IMG/VR virus record: IMGVR_UViG_3300042446_002147 | Span: 62,001 to 123,769 of that record | DNA from: an uncultured virus (IMG/VR IMGVR_UViG_3300042446_002147) | Lineage: Duplodnaviria; Heunggongvirae; Uroviricota; Caudoviricetes | DNA: 61,769 nucleotides | Reading direction: 5' to 3' (one strand) | Part shown: in pieces, positions 41,579 to 51,246 of the stretch | Layout of the letters: every line of letters starts with the position of its first letter | Numbering within the stretch: position 1 is the first letter of the stretch | Translations under genes and position numbers: made by a program | Notes under the pieces: model-generated | Seen by the model: only the letters and a program-made list of their open reading frames with translations | What the model was told of the DNA's origin: nothing | The model's database searches: none

Positions 41579-42254
41579 GAGAATAGTCGGTGTCGATTTT
41601 TCGTTGAACTCTCCTGGGTTTTGTATACTAACAAATGATAGCTGTAAATGGATAAGTCTTCATAGAACAACTAACATCATAGATAAGATGCTTAAAAAAG
41701 AGGGATCTCCTTTTAAAGTTCTCAATGATAATGGGAGTGTCTCAATAAATATTATTTCCAAGAAAGAATTTACTGGAGAATATCACGAGAAGGAAAGACA
41801 GAAGATTTTAAACGCTGTTTATTTTTCTGAAGTTGCTTTGGATCTTTTATCCCCATATCTCGACGAGAACACTATAGTGGGTATGGAAGGTTTATCTTTT
41901 GGATCTAATGGTAATTCACTTATAGATATTTCTATGACAACCGCTCTAATTAGAGCTGGTGTAGTTAAGAAAATAAATCCTGATAATTTCTATGTGATCT
42001 CTCCGACCACACTTAAGAAATTTGCAGTAAAAGGAAATGCTAAGAAAGATGAGCTTTACTGTAAGCTTATAGAAGACAGAATATCTGAGGACAGATTAAA
42101 ACCACTTTTGAATGTTTTGAAGGAATATAAAGATTTATGGATCAAAGGAGCGGGTAAAGTTGAGAACCCTTGTTCTGATATAATTGATGCAACATGGATC
42201 TGTTTGTTTATTGAGGATAATTTAGAGAAACTTTTATCTGGTAGTAAGATATAA
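41556..42254 (+). CDS. RuvC-like (RNase H fold) Holliday junction resolvase
   Basis: IVGVDFSLNSPG, MEGLSFGS, PTTLKKFA.KGNAKK and DIIDA catalytic-type motifs. Confidence 0.75.
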   Translation: MLNLKSDKRIVGVDFSLNSPGFCILTNDSCKWISLHRTTNIIDKMLKKEGSPFKVLNDNGSVSINIISKKEFTGEYHEKERQKILNAVYFSEVALDLLSPYLDENTIVGMEGLSFGSNGNSLIDISMTTALIRAGVVKKINPDNFYVISPTTLKKFAVKGNAKKDELYCKLIEDRISEDRLKPLLNVLKEYKDLWIKGAGKVENPCSDIIDATWICLFIEDNLEKLLSGSKI

Positions 42255-42292
42255 ATACTAAATAATATAAATTAAAAAAAACTTGAATTATT

Positions 42293-43258
42293 ATGGAAGA
42301 AAATTTTGACATCTTTAATCTTGACAATGAATCGTTTGTTAAGCAGGAAATTAAAACAAAGGACGATGATGAGTTTATTTATAAACCTTATCCCGAATTA
42401 GGAAAAGACGGAGTGTATAAATCTTTAATTAGATTCTTACCTAACATCACAAATCCTAAAAAATCTAAAATTCACCAATATTATGTTTGGTTGAAAGATC
42501 CAGTAGACGGAGCAAATCACAAAGCTATTTGTCCATCTACGGTAGGAAAAAAATCAATACTTAAAGATCTTTTTTGGAAGCTTAAAAATTCTGCTTCTGC
42601 TAAGGATCAGGATTTATCTAAATCATTCTCTAGAAAAGAAGATTTTTATTCTTTAATTCAAGTAGTTAAAGATGCAAATCGACCAGACTTGGAAGGTAAA
42701 ATTATGATATTCAAATTCGGTAGAAAGGTTAACGATATGATCGAGCAACAAATCAAACCAGAATTCGGAAATCCTTCAAATCCTTATGACTTATTCGAAG
42801 GTAAAAACTTCGGTCTTCAAGTGAGAAAAGTTGGAGAATGGAACAACTATGATCTTTGTCAATTTGTAGGAGATAAAATGGCTTTAATTATTGATGGAGT
42901 ATCAGTAGAAAGATCTGAAGAAGGTAGAGAGATGGTTACAAACTTTCTTAAGACTGGTCCTTTAGATATAGAAAAATATGATTATTCTGATTGGGACGAT
43001 GAAGAGAATGAAAAAATCATGAGAATTATTAGAAACACAATTCCTGACGGAAGAATGGTTTCTGAGATTATCGGAACTAGTTCAGATTCTAAACCAGTAA
43101 GTACAACTGCTTCTGTAGATTCATTCTACGAAGATGCTAATAGCAGAACATCAACCCAAGAATCTAATGATACAGAGGATGAAGCTCCTGCTAAACCTGC
43201 TAAAGCACCAGCTAAAAAATCTGCACCATCTTTGGATGATCTTTATAACGATCTATAA
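42293..43258 (+). CDS. Single-stranded DNA-binding protein, gp32-like
   Basis: LIRFLP, VVKD..RPDLEGKIMIFKFGRKV, NPYDLFEGKNF.L, NYD, acidic tail ending LDDLYNDL. Confidence 0.9.
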   Translation: MEENFDIFNLDNESFVKQEIKTKDDDEFIYKPYPELGKDGVYKSLIRFLPNITNPKKSKIHQYYVWLKDPVDGANHKAICPSTVGKKSILKDLFWKLKNSASAKDQDLSKSFSRKEDFYSLIQVVKDANRPDLEGKIMIFKFGRKVNDMIEQQIKPEFGNPSNPYDLFEGKNFGLQVRKVGEWNNYDLCQFVGDKMALIIDGVSVERSEEGREMVTNFLKTGPLDIEKYDYSDWDDEENEKIMRIIRNTIPDGRMVSEIIGTSSDSKPVSTTASVDSFYEDANSRTSTQESNDTEDEAPAKPAKAPAKKSAPSLDDLYNDL

Positions 43259-43271
43259 ATAATGGATTGTT

Positions 43272-44345
43272 ATGGAAACAAAGGATATAAGTGTCCTATC
43301 AGTAGATAGGGTTAAAGGAATAGTTAATTCTGCTTTACTTAAGTTCTTTGGTAATGATCCTCAAAGATTAAAAATCTATCAAGGGGGCAACAGACTAAAC
43401 TTCTGTTGCCCTTATTGTGGAGACTCCAAAGACGCTAAGAAAAAAAGAGGAAATCTTTATGTCGATACATTAACATATAAATGTTATAATGGTGGATGTG
43501 CGGTCTTCAAAAATCTAAATCAATTTACTAGAGATTTTGAAATCAACGGAATGCTTTCCACTGATGAAATTGCAGAGATAGCAGAGATATCTAGAAATTC
43601 GACTATAAGGAAAAAAATAAGAAATTCTTTAGATTACTTTTTTTCTGAAAATTACAAAGATATACTTGTTGGTAGAGAGGAATTTAAACATGCATTAAAT
43701 CTTCTAGAAGTGAAAGGAACATACGGAGAGAAATGGTTAATCGAAAGAAATCATGTACCCGATAATAAATTCCTATGGGATCCTAAAAGAAGGAACTTAT
43801 ATCTCCTGAATCTATCCGGAGATGAAACAAAGATACTTGGTCTACAGATTAGGCCTATAGTAAAAAAGAATAGTGGAAGTAAATACTACACTTACAAGCT
43901 TAGTGGTATTTACAAAAATCTCCTAAAAGAAACAAACCCCGAAATTATATTAAAAGCCGAAGAAGTTGATCCAATATCTAGCGTTTTTGGATTCTCTACT
44001 GTGGATCTAGATTCAATGATAACAACTTTTGAAGGTCCTTTAGATGCTTGGCTTTGTCCTAATGCAATAGCATTATGTTCTATAAATAATCCTTTTCCTT
44101 TTGATGTAACAAACAAAAGATGGTTATTAGATAGCGATGAGGTTGGGAGACAAAAAGCCAGAGAATTTTTGGAAGCGGGCGAGGAAGTTTTTCTATGGGG
44201 AAAATTTATAAAAGAATGTGAATTACCAGAAAGGGATAAATGGGATTTAAACGATGTGGTTAATTATGTAAGATCCACAGGAAAGAAGATCAAAAGATTA
44301 GATAATTACTTTTCTGTTGATAAATGGGATATTATAGATATATGA
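43272..44345 (+). CDS. DNA primase, gp61-like
   Basis: Zn finger CPYCGDS...YKCYNGGC; TOPRIM motifs FEGPLDA and LDSDEVG; KWDLND. Confidence 0.9.
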   Translation: METKDISVLSVDRVKGIVNSALLKFFGNDPQRLKIYQGGNRLNFCCPYCGDSKDAKKKRGNLYVDTLTYKCYNGGCAVFKNLNQFTRDFEINGMLSTDEIAEIAEISRNSTIRKKIRNSLDYFFSENYKDILVGREEFKHALNLLEVKGTYGEKWLIERNHVPDNKFLWDPKRRNLYLLNLSGDETKILGLQIRPIVKKNSGSKYYTYKLSGIYKNLLKETNPEIILKAEEVDPISSVFGFSTVDLDSMITTFEGPLDAWLCPNAIALCSINNPFPFDVTNKRWLLDSDEVGRQKAREFLEAGEEVFLWGKFIKECELPERDKWDLNDVVNYVRSTGKKIKRLDNYFSVDKWDIIDI

Positions 44346-44527
44346 AATATAAAAAGAACAACAACAAATTTAAGTTCCCTGTAGATATAAAAGGTGATTT
44401 AGATGTTCCCGATTTTGATATATCTGATAATTTTTCCACAGAGATAGTAAAGAATAAGATAGACTCGGAAGTTAAAGAGATATCAAAAAATAAGAAAAAG
44501 AAATGTCAGAGCAACAACCTAATGTAG
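44342..44527 (+). CDS. Small hypothetical protein
   Basis: ATG at 44342 overlaps the primase stop (ATGA); the end overlaps the start of the next gene. Confidence 0.45.
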   Translation: MKYKKNNNKFKFPVDIKGDLDVPDFDISDNFSTEIVKNKIDSEVKEISKNKKKKCQSNNLM

Positions 44528-44970
44528 AGAAGAAAGATTTCGATAAAGGATTTCAAATAGAAAGAGAAGAATGGACAGAAAAAATTAGAGAACTTTCTAT
44601 TAGAATGAAAAATATTAGAGAACTTGCAGATGTGCAGGTAGATCTTTATTATAATAGACAGATATTATTAGAATACTCTGCTAAGTTGGGTCAGGTAATG
44701 AGCAAGCTTAATGCTAAATTTAGAAAAGATAAGTCTAATAGATTAAAATACTATTCTGAAATGTCTCAAGTAAAATATGGGGCTAATGAAAAAACCCCTT
44801 TAATAGAAGGGGATCTTTCTGAATTAAAAGAAAGAATGGATCTTGTTGATGGACAAATATCTTTCCTTAACGAGACTATGAAAACTGTCGATCACATGCT
44901 TTATGGTGTGAAATCAAGAATATCTTTAGAGGAATATTTAAGATCAGGAGCGGTTAAAAATAACTATTAA
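44503..44970 (+). CDS. UvsY-like recombination mediator
   Basis: All-helical ~150 aa directly upstream of UvsW; YYS...LIEGD...ISFLNETMKTVD pattern. Confidence 0.65.
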   Translation: MSEQQPNVEKKDFDKGFQIEREEWTEKIRELSIRMKNIRELADVQVDLYYNRQILLEYSAKLGQVMSKLNAKFRKDKSNRLKYYSEMSQVKYGANEKTPLIEGDLSELKERMDLVDGQISFLNETMKTVDHMLYGVKSRISLEEYLRSGAVKNNY

Positions 44971-44972
44971 TA

Positions 44973-46514
44973 ATGTTAAAATTTGTAGTAAGTGAAGATA
45001 GAAATTGGTTAAGTCTTATAGATTACGAAGAGGAATTTGAAAGAAAACAGATTGATATATCTTTAACTAGAAAAATACATAATCATTATTTTCATCCATT
45101 AGTTAAGAAAAAACATTGGGACGGAGCAATATGCTTTGTTGATAAAAGGTTACCTATTTGGAGAGTGCCTTCTGGACTTTGGTCTGAGGTATACCAGATA
45201 TGCGAAAAATATAAAATAGAGGTAGAAATAAACGGACTAGAAAGAATCATCGATAATTCTTTTACCTTAGAAAAATACACTGAATGGTGTAATAAATTCT
45301 TTAAGGGGGGTGTCGGAGGGGATCCTGAAAAAATGCCTAGGGATTACCAAATAGAAACAGCATGGAAGATTATAAAATTTAAACTTTCTGTTTCCGAGGT
45401 AGCAACAAGTTCTGGTAAGACCCTAATCGCTTTTATGGTAATGGCTTATCTTAAGGAGGTTTTAAAGGTGAAAAAATTCCTTATGGTAGTTCCTAACACC
45501 AATCTAGTTATACAAGGATCTGAAGATTTTGAAGAATATGGTCTAGAGAAATTAGAAGACTGCGAGATACAACAAATTCATGGATCTAATAAGAAAAAGA
45601 TCTCTGGTGGATTAATGATAGGTACATATCAATCTTTAGTTAAAATGGATCCTGAATTTTTTGATGATGTGGAAGCTGTATTTGTAGATGAATGTCACCA
45701 AGCTCAAAGTGCATCTATTAAAAAGGTAGTTGCATTATGTAAAGACTCTAAATGGAGATTTGGGCTATCTGGAACATTAGCTAATAAAAATACTGCAGAG
45801 TATTTAACTATACAACAATTTCTTGGACCTTTAATTATGGAGATTTCTCCAAAGTTTTTATTTGATAACAAATATGCTACTCCTGTTTCTATTAAGATAG
45901 TTAAAATGGATTGGATGGACGAGGAAGTTAAAGAGAAGCTTGCTACATTAAAAGAAACTAAAAATGAGATGGAGGGTAACGAGCTTTTTAATCTAGAAAG
46001 AAAGCTTGTTGTTAATTCTGACAAGAGACTTAATTATATTATAAATTTTGTTCTTAAAACATCAAAGAATTCTCTTTTACTTTTTCAATCTGTTGGCGAG
46101 GGATATGGTAAAAGAATATATGACGGAATAAGAGAAGGGTCTAATGATAGAGAGGTTTATTATATAGACGGTGACACTGCTCCTGATAAAAGAGATATTT
46201 TCACTAAAAGAATGGAAGAAGGTATTAATAAAGTAATGGTTGCTTCTTTTGGCACTATGTCTACTGGTATATCTGTTAAAAATATACACAATATATTTCT
46301 TATTGAATCATATAAATCTGAAGTACTGATTAAGCAGAGTTTAGGTAGGGGGATGAGACTATTTGATGGTAAAGAGAAAGTTAATATTATAGACTTTGTT
46401 GATGACTTCTCTTTTGGTGGAAAAGACAACTATTTGCTTAAACATTCTAAGGAAAGAATTGAAATTTATAAAAAAGAGCAATTTGAATACAAGATATATG
46501 AGATCAAAATTTAG
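44973..46514 (+). CDS. uvsW: UvsW-like SF2 DNA helicase
   Basis: PRDYQ, ATSSGKT, DECH, FGLSGT, STGISVKN, QSLGRGMR, IIDFVDD. Confidence 0.92.
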   Translation: MLKFVVSEDRNWLSLIDYEEEFERKQIDISLTRKIHNHYFHPLVKKKHWDGAICFVDKRLPIWRVPSGLWSEVYQICEKYKIEVEINGLERIIDNSFTLEKYTEWCNKFFKGGVGGDPEKMPRDYQIETAWKIIKFKLSVSEVATSSGKTLIAFMVMAYLKEVLKVKKFLMVVPNTNLVIQGSEDFEEYGLEKLEDCEIQQIHGSNKKKISGGLMIGTYQSLVKMDPEFFDDVEAVFVDECHQAQSASIKKVVALCKDSKWRFGLSGTLANKNTAEYLTIQQFLGPLIMEISPKFLFDNKYATPVSIKIVKMDWMDEEVKEKLATLKETKNEMEGNELFNLERKLVVNSDKRLNYIINFVLKTSKNSLLLFQSVGEGYGKRIYDGIREGSNDREVYYIDGDTAPDKRDIFTKRMEEGINKVMVASFGTMSTGISVKNIHNIFLIESYKSEVLIKQSLGRGMRLFDGKEKVNIIDFVDDFSFGGKDNYLLKHSKERIEIYKKEQFEYKIYEIKI

Positions 46515-46519
46515 AATTC

Positions 46520-46528
46520 GGATATATA
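46520..46528 (+). promoter_or_regulatory. Putative late-promoter motif GGATATATA
   Basis: Heads the tagged-protein gene block at 46549. Confidence 0.6.
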
Positions 46529-46548
46529 AAAGAAATAATTAAATCTCA

Positions 46549-47148
46549 ATGAGAAACATCAAAGAATATAGAGATTTCTGTATTAATGAATCTGAAGAAT
46601 TATTCTTTAGCAGACACTTAGGAAATGATGCTAAGACATATGGTGATAGGGCTAAAAATCATTATAACCTACCTGAAGATGCTAGTATATTACAAAAAAC
46701 TCAAAGGTTCTTTGGGTACATCGAAGACAAGCTAAACAATATTGCACAAGCAGGACAAGATATAACAAGACAAAATAGAGCTGTTAGAGGCGGGGGTTTA
46801 AATACTGGATATGAAATGTTATTCGGTCTTCCGGCTATTGTACCAGGAGTACTTAAAAGAGTATTCGGACCTACTAAATATGAGATTTCTAAAAGAGTAC
46901 CAGCTAAGGATGAAGATGTAGATGTTGAGTTCATGAGACACACAAATGAGGATTTTGCTAAAAATGAACTACCGAACATTAAAACTGAGCAACAATTAGA
47001 AGATAATATCACCGAGCTTTATCAAAAAGCTCAGGTTAATAAAGGACAGGTACCTGCTCTAGATGATATAGGAATGAATAGAGCTTACCTTTATTATACA
47101 AAACAAAAAAATCCTAATCAACCTATATTCCAACCAAATAACGCATAA
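46549..47148 (+). CDS. Hypothetical protein with capsid-targeting-like N-terminus
   Basis: Starts MRNIKEYRDFCINES; preceded by GGATATATA. Confidence 0.65.
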   Translation: MRNIKEYRDFCINESEELFFSRHLGNDAKTYGDRAKNHYNLPEDASILQKTQRFFGYIEDKLNNIAQAGQDITRQNRAVRGGGLNTGYEMLFGLPAIVPGVLKRVFGPTKYEISKRVPAKDEDVDVEFMRHTNEDFAKNELPNIKTEQQLEDNITELYQKAQVNKGQVPALDDIGMNRAYLYYTKQKNPNQPIFQPNNA

Positions 47149-47152
47149 AAAA

Positions 47153-47905
47153 ATGAAAAAATTCTCTTTAGTAATAGAAAAGAAAAGACAAGACTTAAAA
47201 GAAGCAGAACTTGTAACTGAAAGAAATCAGTATTTAGATTTCTCTAAGAAGTACAATAAAGAACATGGTGTTTCTGGACCTTTTGATAAAAAATTCAAAG
47301 GTGATGAAAAATCACAGGAAGAGTACATGCAAGGTCTTTCAATGGCTTGGGACGAGTACAAGAAAAAGAAAGGTATTAAACTTAAATCTAATAGCAAAGA
47401 CTTTGCTTTCAAAAAGAAAATGAATGAGTCTAAATCTTCTGATATGGCTAAGCAGATGATCGGTGATGGCGGAGATCCTAACTATCATTTTGTTACTATG
47501 TGTGACGATTACATGTTTGAGAAAGAAGATGCTATGATGAATTATAGTAAAGAGCCAATGTCTGCTCCTTTAAAGATCAAAACCACACCGGATTTTGGAA
47601 TCTATACATTCGGTCCTTTTATGAATATAGAAGAATCAAAAATGTTTGCTGAAAGCATCGAATTAGATGAGATCAACGGACCAAGAATGGTAACTATACA
47701 AGACAGAAAAAATGGTGAAGTATTCTCTAAATTCTTATCATGTAAAATGCAACCAGTTTGGGACGAGCATATTGAAGAGCATGTAGGAAGCATGGAAGAT
47801 GAAGAAGACGAAGAAGAGGAAGAAGATCCTAACATGGAATACACTTATGGTGATGAAGATGAAGGTACTGACGATGTAGTTTACGATGAGGATGAGGAGG
47901 AATAA
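47153..47905 (+). CDS. Hypothetical protein with highly acidic C-terminus (possible internal head protein)
   Basis: Starts MKKFSLVIE; internal MNES; ends in a poly-D/E tail. Confidence 0.6.
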   Translation: MKKFSLVIEKKRQDLKEAELVTERNQYLDFSKKYNKEHGVSGPFDKKFKGDEKSQEEYMQGLSMAWDEYKKKKGIKLKSNSKDFAFKKKMNESKSSDMAKQMIGDGGDPNYHFVTMCDDYMFEKEDAMMNYSKEPMSAPLKIKTTPDFGIYTFGPFMNIEESKMFAESIELDEINGPRMVTIQDRKNGEVFSKFLSCKMQPVWDEHIEEHVGSMEDEEDEEEEEDPNMEYTYGDEDEGTDDVVYDEDEEE

Positions 47906-47907
47906 AA

Positions 47908-48354
47908 ATGATGAATCAATTACAAAGTCAAGCTCTATATCCAGTACTGCAACACTATACTGGTGAAAAGATAACTTCAATATCTGTTCTTGATGATCAT
48001 AATCTTATTTTTAATACTTTCATTGGTGATGATGGTTTTGTTAATCAGAACACAGATGGAGATTGGGAAATAATAATAGAAAACAAAATTGTCTATACAA
48101 TAGAGAAGGATGTTTTTGAGGTTCTTGTAAAACCAAGTAGAAAAAGTTCATTAGAGAATTACGTTGGTATTCTTAATGATCTTTTTAATGATAAAAAAAT
48201 AAGCAATAGATCAAGGATATTGGTTTTTAATATCCTCCTATTTCTAGAAGAATATATAATAAACTCAGACTTTCTTCCAAAGAAGAATTTAAGAGTTGGT
48301 CCTTTTAGTATTTTTAATTACAAGGGGAATAAATTTGTTTACTGTTTAAATTAA
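47908..48354 (+). CDS. Hypothetical protein
   Basis: 148-aa ORF in the operon. Confidence 0.55.
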   Translation: MMNQLQSQALYPVLQHYTGEKITSISVLDDHNLIFNTFIGDDGFVNQNTDGDWEIIIENKIVYTIEKDVFEVLVKPSRKSSLENYVGILNDLFNDKKISNRSRILVFNILLFLEEYIINSDFLPKKNLRVGPFSIFNYKGNKFVYCLN

Positions 48355-48357
48355 AAA

Positions 48358-50391
48358 ATGTCTGGAATAAAATATTTAGCCGATATCTACGAAAAAAAAG
48401 GAAAGGATTTTATAGAAAAACTTTTCAGCCAGGAACTTAGTGTTACTGAGAATCTTGATGGATCATCTTTTTCTTTCGAAAAAGATTTTACTGGTGACAA
48501 TATTTCTTTTTATAAAAAAGATCAGGAAAATCCTATAACTAAAGTTGATAGGATATTAATGAGATACTACGATAAGCCTATAAATTATATAGATTCCCTT
48601 CCGGAGTCAGTAAAAGCTGAGATACCAAAAGGATGGAGATTTGGTATGGCTTATTTTCCTAATACAAAGCCAGTAAGAATTGAATATGAAAGACTTCCAA
48701 AAAATCATTTAATTCTAACACATATTCTTGTAAGGGACGAATTTGGCGAAACCACAAGAACTATACAGGAGAAAGACGAACTAGATGAATGGGCAGATAA
48801 GCTCGGAGTAGAAAAAGCACCTATTATTTTCCAAGGAAAATTAAACGACGATCAGAAAATGTCTATTATGGATTTTTTATCAACTCCATTAATGGATTTA
48901 AAAACACGTTTCAAGACTGAAAGTTTTTCTAAGTATCTAATATCTTTATTAAATCCAGAAATAATTAAGACCACTTTAGGTAAGGATTTACAAGGAGAGA
49001 TAGACTCCTTGGTTTTTAGATTCGAGGAAGATGGTAAGGAAGATGTTGTTTTAGCTAAAATGGTTGATCCAGTTTTTTATGAAATAACAAGAGATAGAAA
49101 AGTTACAAGGTCTTCTTACTTCCCTAGCGACATTTATTCTCTTTGTCTAATAGATATTATGAATTTCATATTAGAAAGAGGTGTAGAGAGCTTTAGCGCA
49201 GAAGGAACTGAGCCTGAGGAGAGGTATATTAATTTTGTATTCTCCGTTTTTAAAACTTTTTCGTACGAAGAGGGAGAAAGATATATTGGTGCAGACTTTG
49301 ATAAACCTGAGTATCTTAAATCTGAAAACTTTGACATTAATAAGGAACTAATAGTCGATAAAGATGTTGTTGAGTATTTAGATAAAGATGAAGTTTATTG
49401 TGATATCCTCCAAATGGTATTAAATTCATTTAGAAAATTCAAAAGAAAACCTCATGGGTTTTTCACTGAGGGTCTAATAGAACAATTCAATCTTCTTGTT
49501 GAAGAGATAGCTGATTATATAAATGCTAAAAGAAAAGATAGGATAGAAGAATCTTTAGGAGTTCCCACATTTGTTTGGTTTAAAAAAACAGGAAGTAGAT
49601 TTAAAATCACTGACGATGAATCTTTAGAAGATGAAATAGATTTAGATTCTATTATAGAAAATACAGTATTTAATGAGTCTGATCTATTATCCGAATCATT
49701 AAATGATATCAATGAAAAAGATGACGAATCTATTGAAGAATTAAAAAAATCCGAAGATGACGCATCTGAGTTCTTTTCATTTAAAGATTTTAAAAAAGTG
49801 GTATCAACTCATAAAGAGAAAAAGAAAACAAAAATATTAAATGAGGAAAACCAAAAAGTTAATTTAATAATTGGTAAATTCCAGCCATTTAATAACGGAC
49901 ACCTTAAAATGTGTACAAGACTTAAAAAAGAAAATGACCTCCCCGTTTTTCTTTGTGTAGTTCATCCAGGAGGAGAAACTTCATCTAAAAAATACCCTTT
50001 TTCCGAAGAGGCTATTAAGAAGTCTATAGGATCTTTAACAGCAGAAAATGATAAATTATTTGCTGGTTATAAAATAGTTCCTACTGATCTTTTAGAAGAT
50101 GCTATTAAATCTATTGCAGAGAATGTAAATCCTATATCAGTTTGTATAGGAGAGAAAGACTTCGAGAATATGGTTTTACAAAGAGACTGGGTTAGAAATA
50201 AATACGATCTTAATGGAAATGATATTGAAATATTTAAAACTCCATATTGGTCTAATAATGAAGAGATAAGATCGTATATACAAAATACAGATTTCCAGAA
50301 ATTCAAAAATAAAGTACCTAAATCTATTGCTGTTCTTTTTAATGAGTTTGTAAAGGAAATTCAAGAATCTTCTAATGAAGATAATATATAA
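48358..50391 (+). CDS. Fusion of a degenerate RNA-ligase-like nucleotidyltransferase and a HIGH-superfamily cytidylyltransferase-like domain
   Basis: VTENLDGS (motif I, normally EKxDG), PIIFQG, LVFRF, LAKMVDP; C-terminal IIGKFQPFNNGH...KYPFS. Confidence 0.65.
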   Translation: MSGIKYLADIYEKKGKDFIEKLFSQELSVTENLDGSSFSFEKDFTGDNISFYKKDQENPITKVDRILMRYYDKPINYIDSLPESVKAEIPKGWRFGMAYFPNTKPVRIEYERLPKNHLILTHILVRDEFGETTRTIQEKDELDEWADKLGVEKAPIIFQGKLNDDQKMSIMDFLSTPLMDLKTRFKTESFSKYLISLLNPEIIKTTLGKDLQGEIDSLVFRFEEDGKEDVVLAKMVDPVFYEITRDRKVTRSSYFPSDIYSLCLIDIMNFILERGVESFSAEGTEPEERYINFVFSVFKTFSYEEGERYIGADFDKPEYLKSENFDINKELIVDKDVVEYLDKDEVYCDILQMVLNSFRKFKRKPHGFFTEGLIEQFNLLVEEIADYINAKRKDRIEESLGVPTFVWFKKTGSRFKITDDESLEDEIDLDSIIENTVFNESDLLSESLNDINEKDDESIEELKKSEDDASEFFSFKDFKKVVSTHKEKKKTKILNEENQKVNLIIGKFQPFNNGHLKMCTRLKKENDLPVFLCVVHPGGETSSKKYPFSEEAIKKSIGSLTAENDKLFAGYKIVPTDLLEDAIKSIAENVNPISVCIGEKDFENMVLQRDWVRNKYDLNGNDIEIFKTPYWSNNEEIRSYIQNTDFQKFKNKVPKSIAVLFNEFVKEIQESSNEDNI

Positions 50392-50400
50392 TTAAAAAAA

Positions 50401-51237
50401 ATGAAGAAGATATTAAGCTTTAAAGATTTTTCACTATACGAATATCAAAAATTTGACAACTCACTATACAATAAAATTAACGAAGCTACATTTACGGACG
50501 AGGTGGAGAAAAGAAAATATGATCCGGTAGCTTTCAAAAAAATGAGGGCTGCAGTTTTCTTTCTAAACGCACAATATCCTTTCTTTGGAGGTCTTTTGTC
50601 TAGATTAATCATTAGAGAAAATAGAGGTATAAAAACAATGTGTACTGATGGAGTAAGTATTCACTACAGCCCAGGATTTGTACATGAACATACTGATGAT
50701 GAAATAATGTGGGTAATAGCCCATGAGGTTTTACATTGTGCTTTATTACATTTCCTAAGAATGCCAGGAAAGGATTCTAAAACAGTAAGTATATGGAATT
50801 ATGCTACAGATTATGCTTTAAATCAGATGCTTACACCAGTCGATGAATCAAATCCAGGTAATCCTAAGCCTAGCGAAAAGAGAGGAGACTCTATAGGTAA
50901 AATGCCAAAGGGAGCATTATATCCTGGATGTGGAAGAGTTTCTTACGATAAAGAATTTGTTGGATTATCTGCTGATAGCATTTATGGTATTTTAATTAAA
51001 AATGGATTTCAACCAGATCCGGAAGATTCGCAAGCTGTTAATCCTCCACCACCTCCACCACCACCAGCTCCTCCACAGATACCTGTAGTCGGAGATATTA
51101 TATTCGACCCAGCTAGTGGTAACTACGGTGTGGTAAATAGCGTAGATGAAGATAATGATTCAGTGGATTATGATCCTATACCAAAATCTAAGGTTCCTGA
51201 ATATATTAGAAAAAAATACGAGCAAGACAATTTATAA
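50401..51237 (+). CDS. DUF2201_N-type putative Zn metallopeptidase with capsid-targeting-like N-terminus
   Basis: PFFGGLL, TMCTDG, IAHEVLHCALLH (HExxH), WNYATDYALN; poly-Pro linker. Confidence 0.85.
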   Translation: MKKILSFKDFSLYEYQKFDNSLYNKINEATFTDEVEKRKYDPVAFKKMRAAVFFLNAQYPFFGGLLSRLIIRENRGIKTMCTDGVSIHYSPGFVHEHTDDEIMWVIAHEVLHCALLHFLRMPGKDSKTVSIWNYATDYALNQMLTPVDESNPGNPKPSEKRGDSIGKMPKGALYPGCGRVSYDKEFVGLSADSIYGILIKNGFQPDPEDSQAVNPPPPPPPPAPPQIPVVGDIIFDPASGNYGVVNSVDEDNDSVDYDPIPKSKVPEYIRKKYEQDNL

Positions 51238-51246
51238 AATCGTAAT

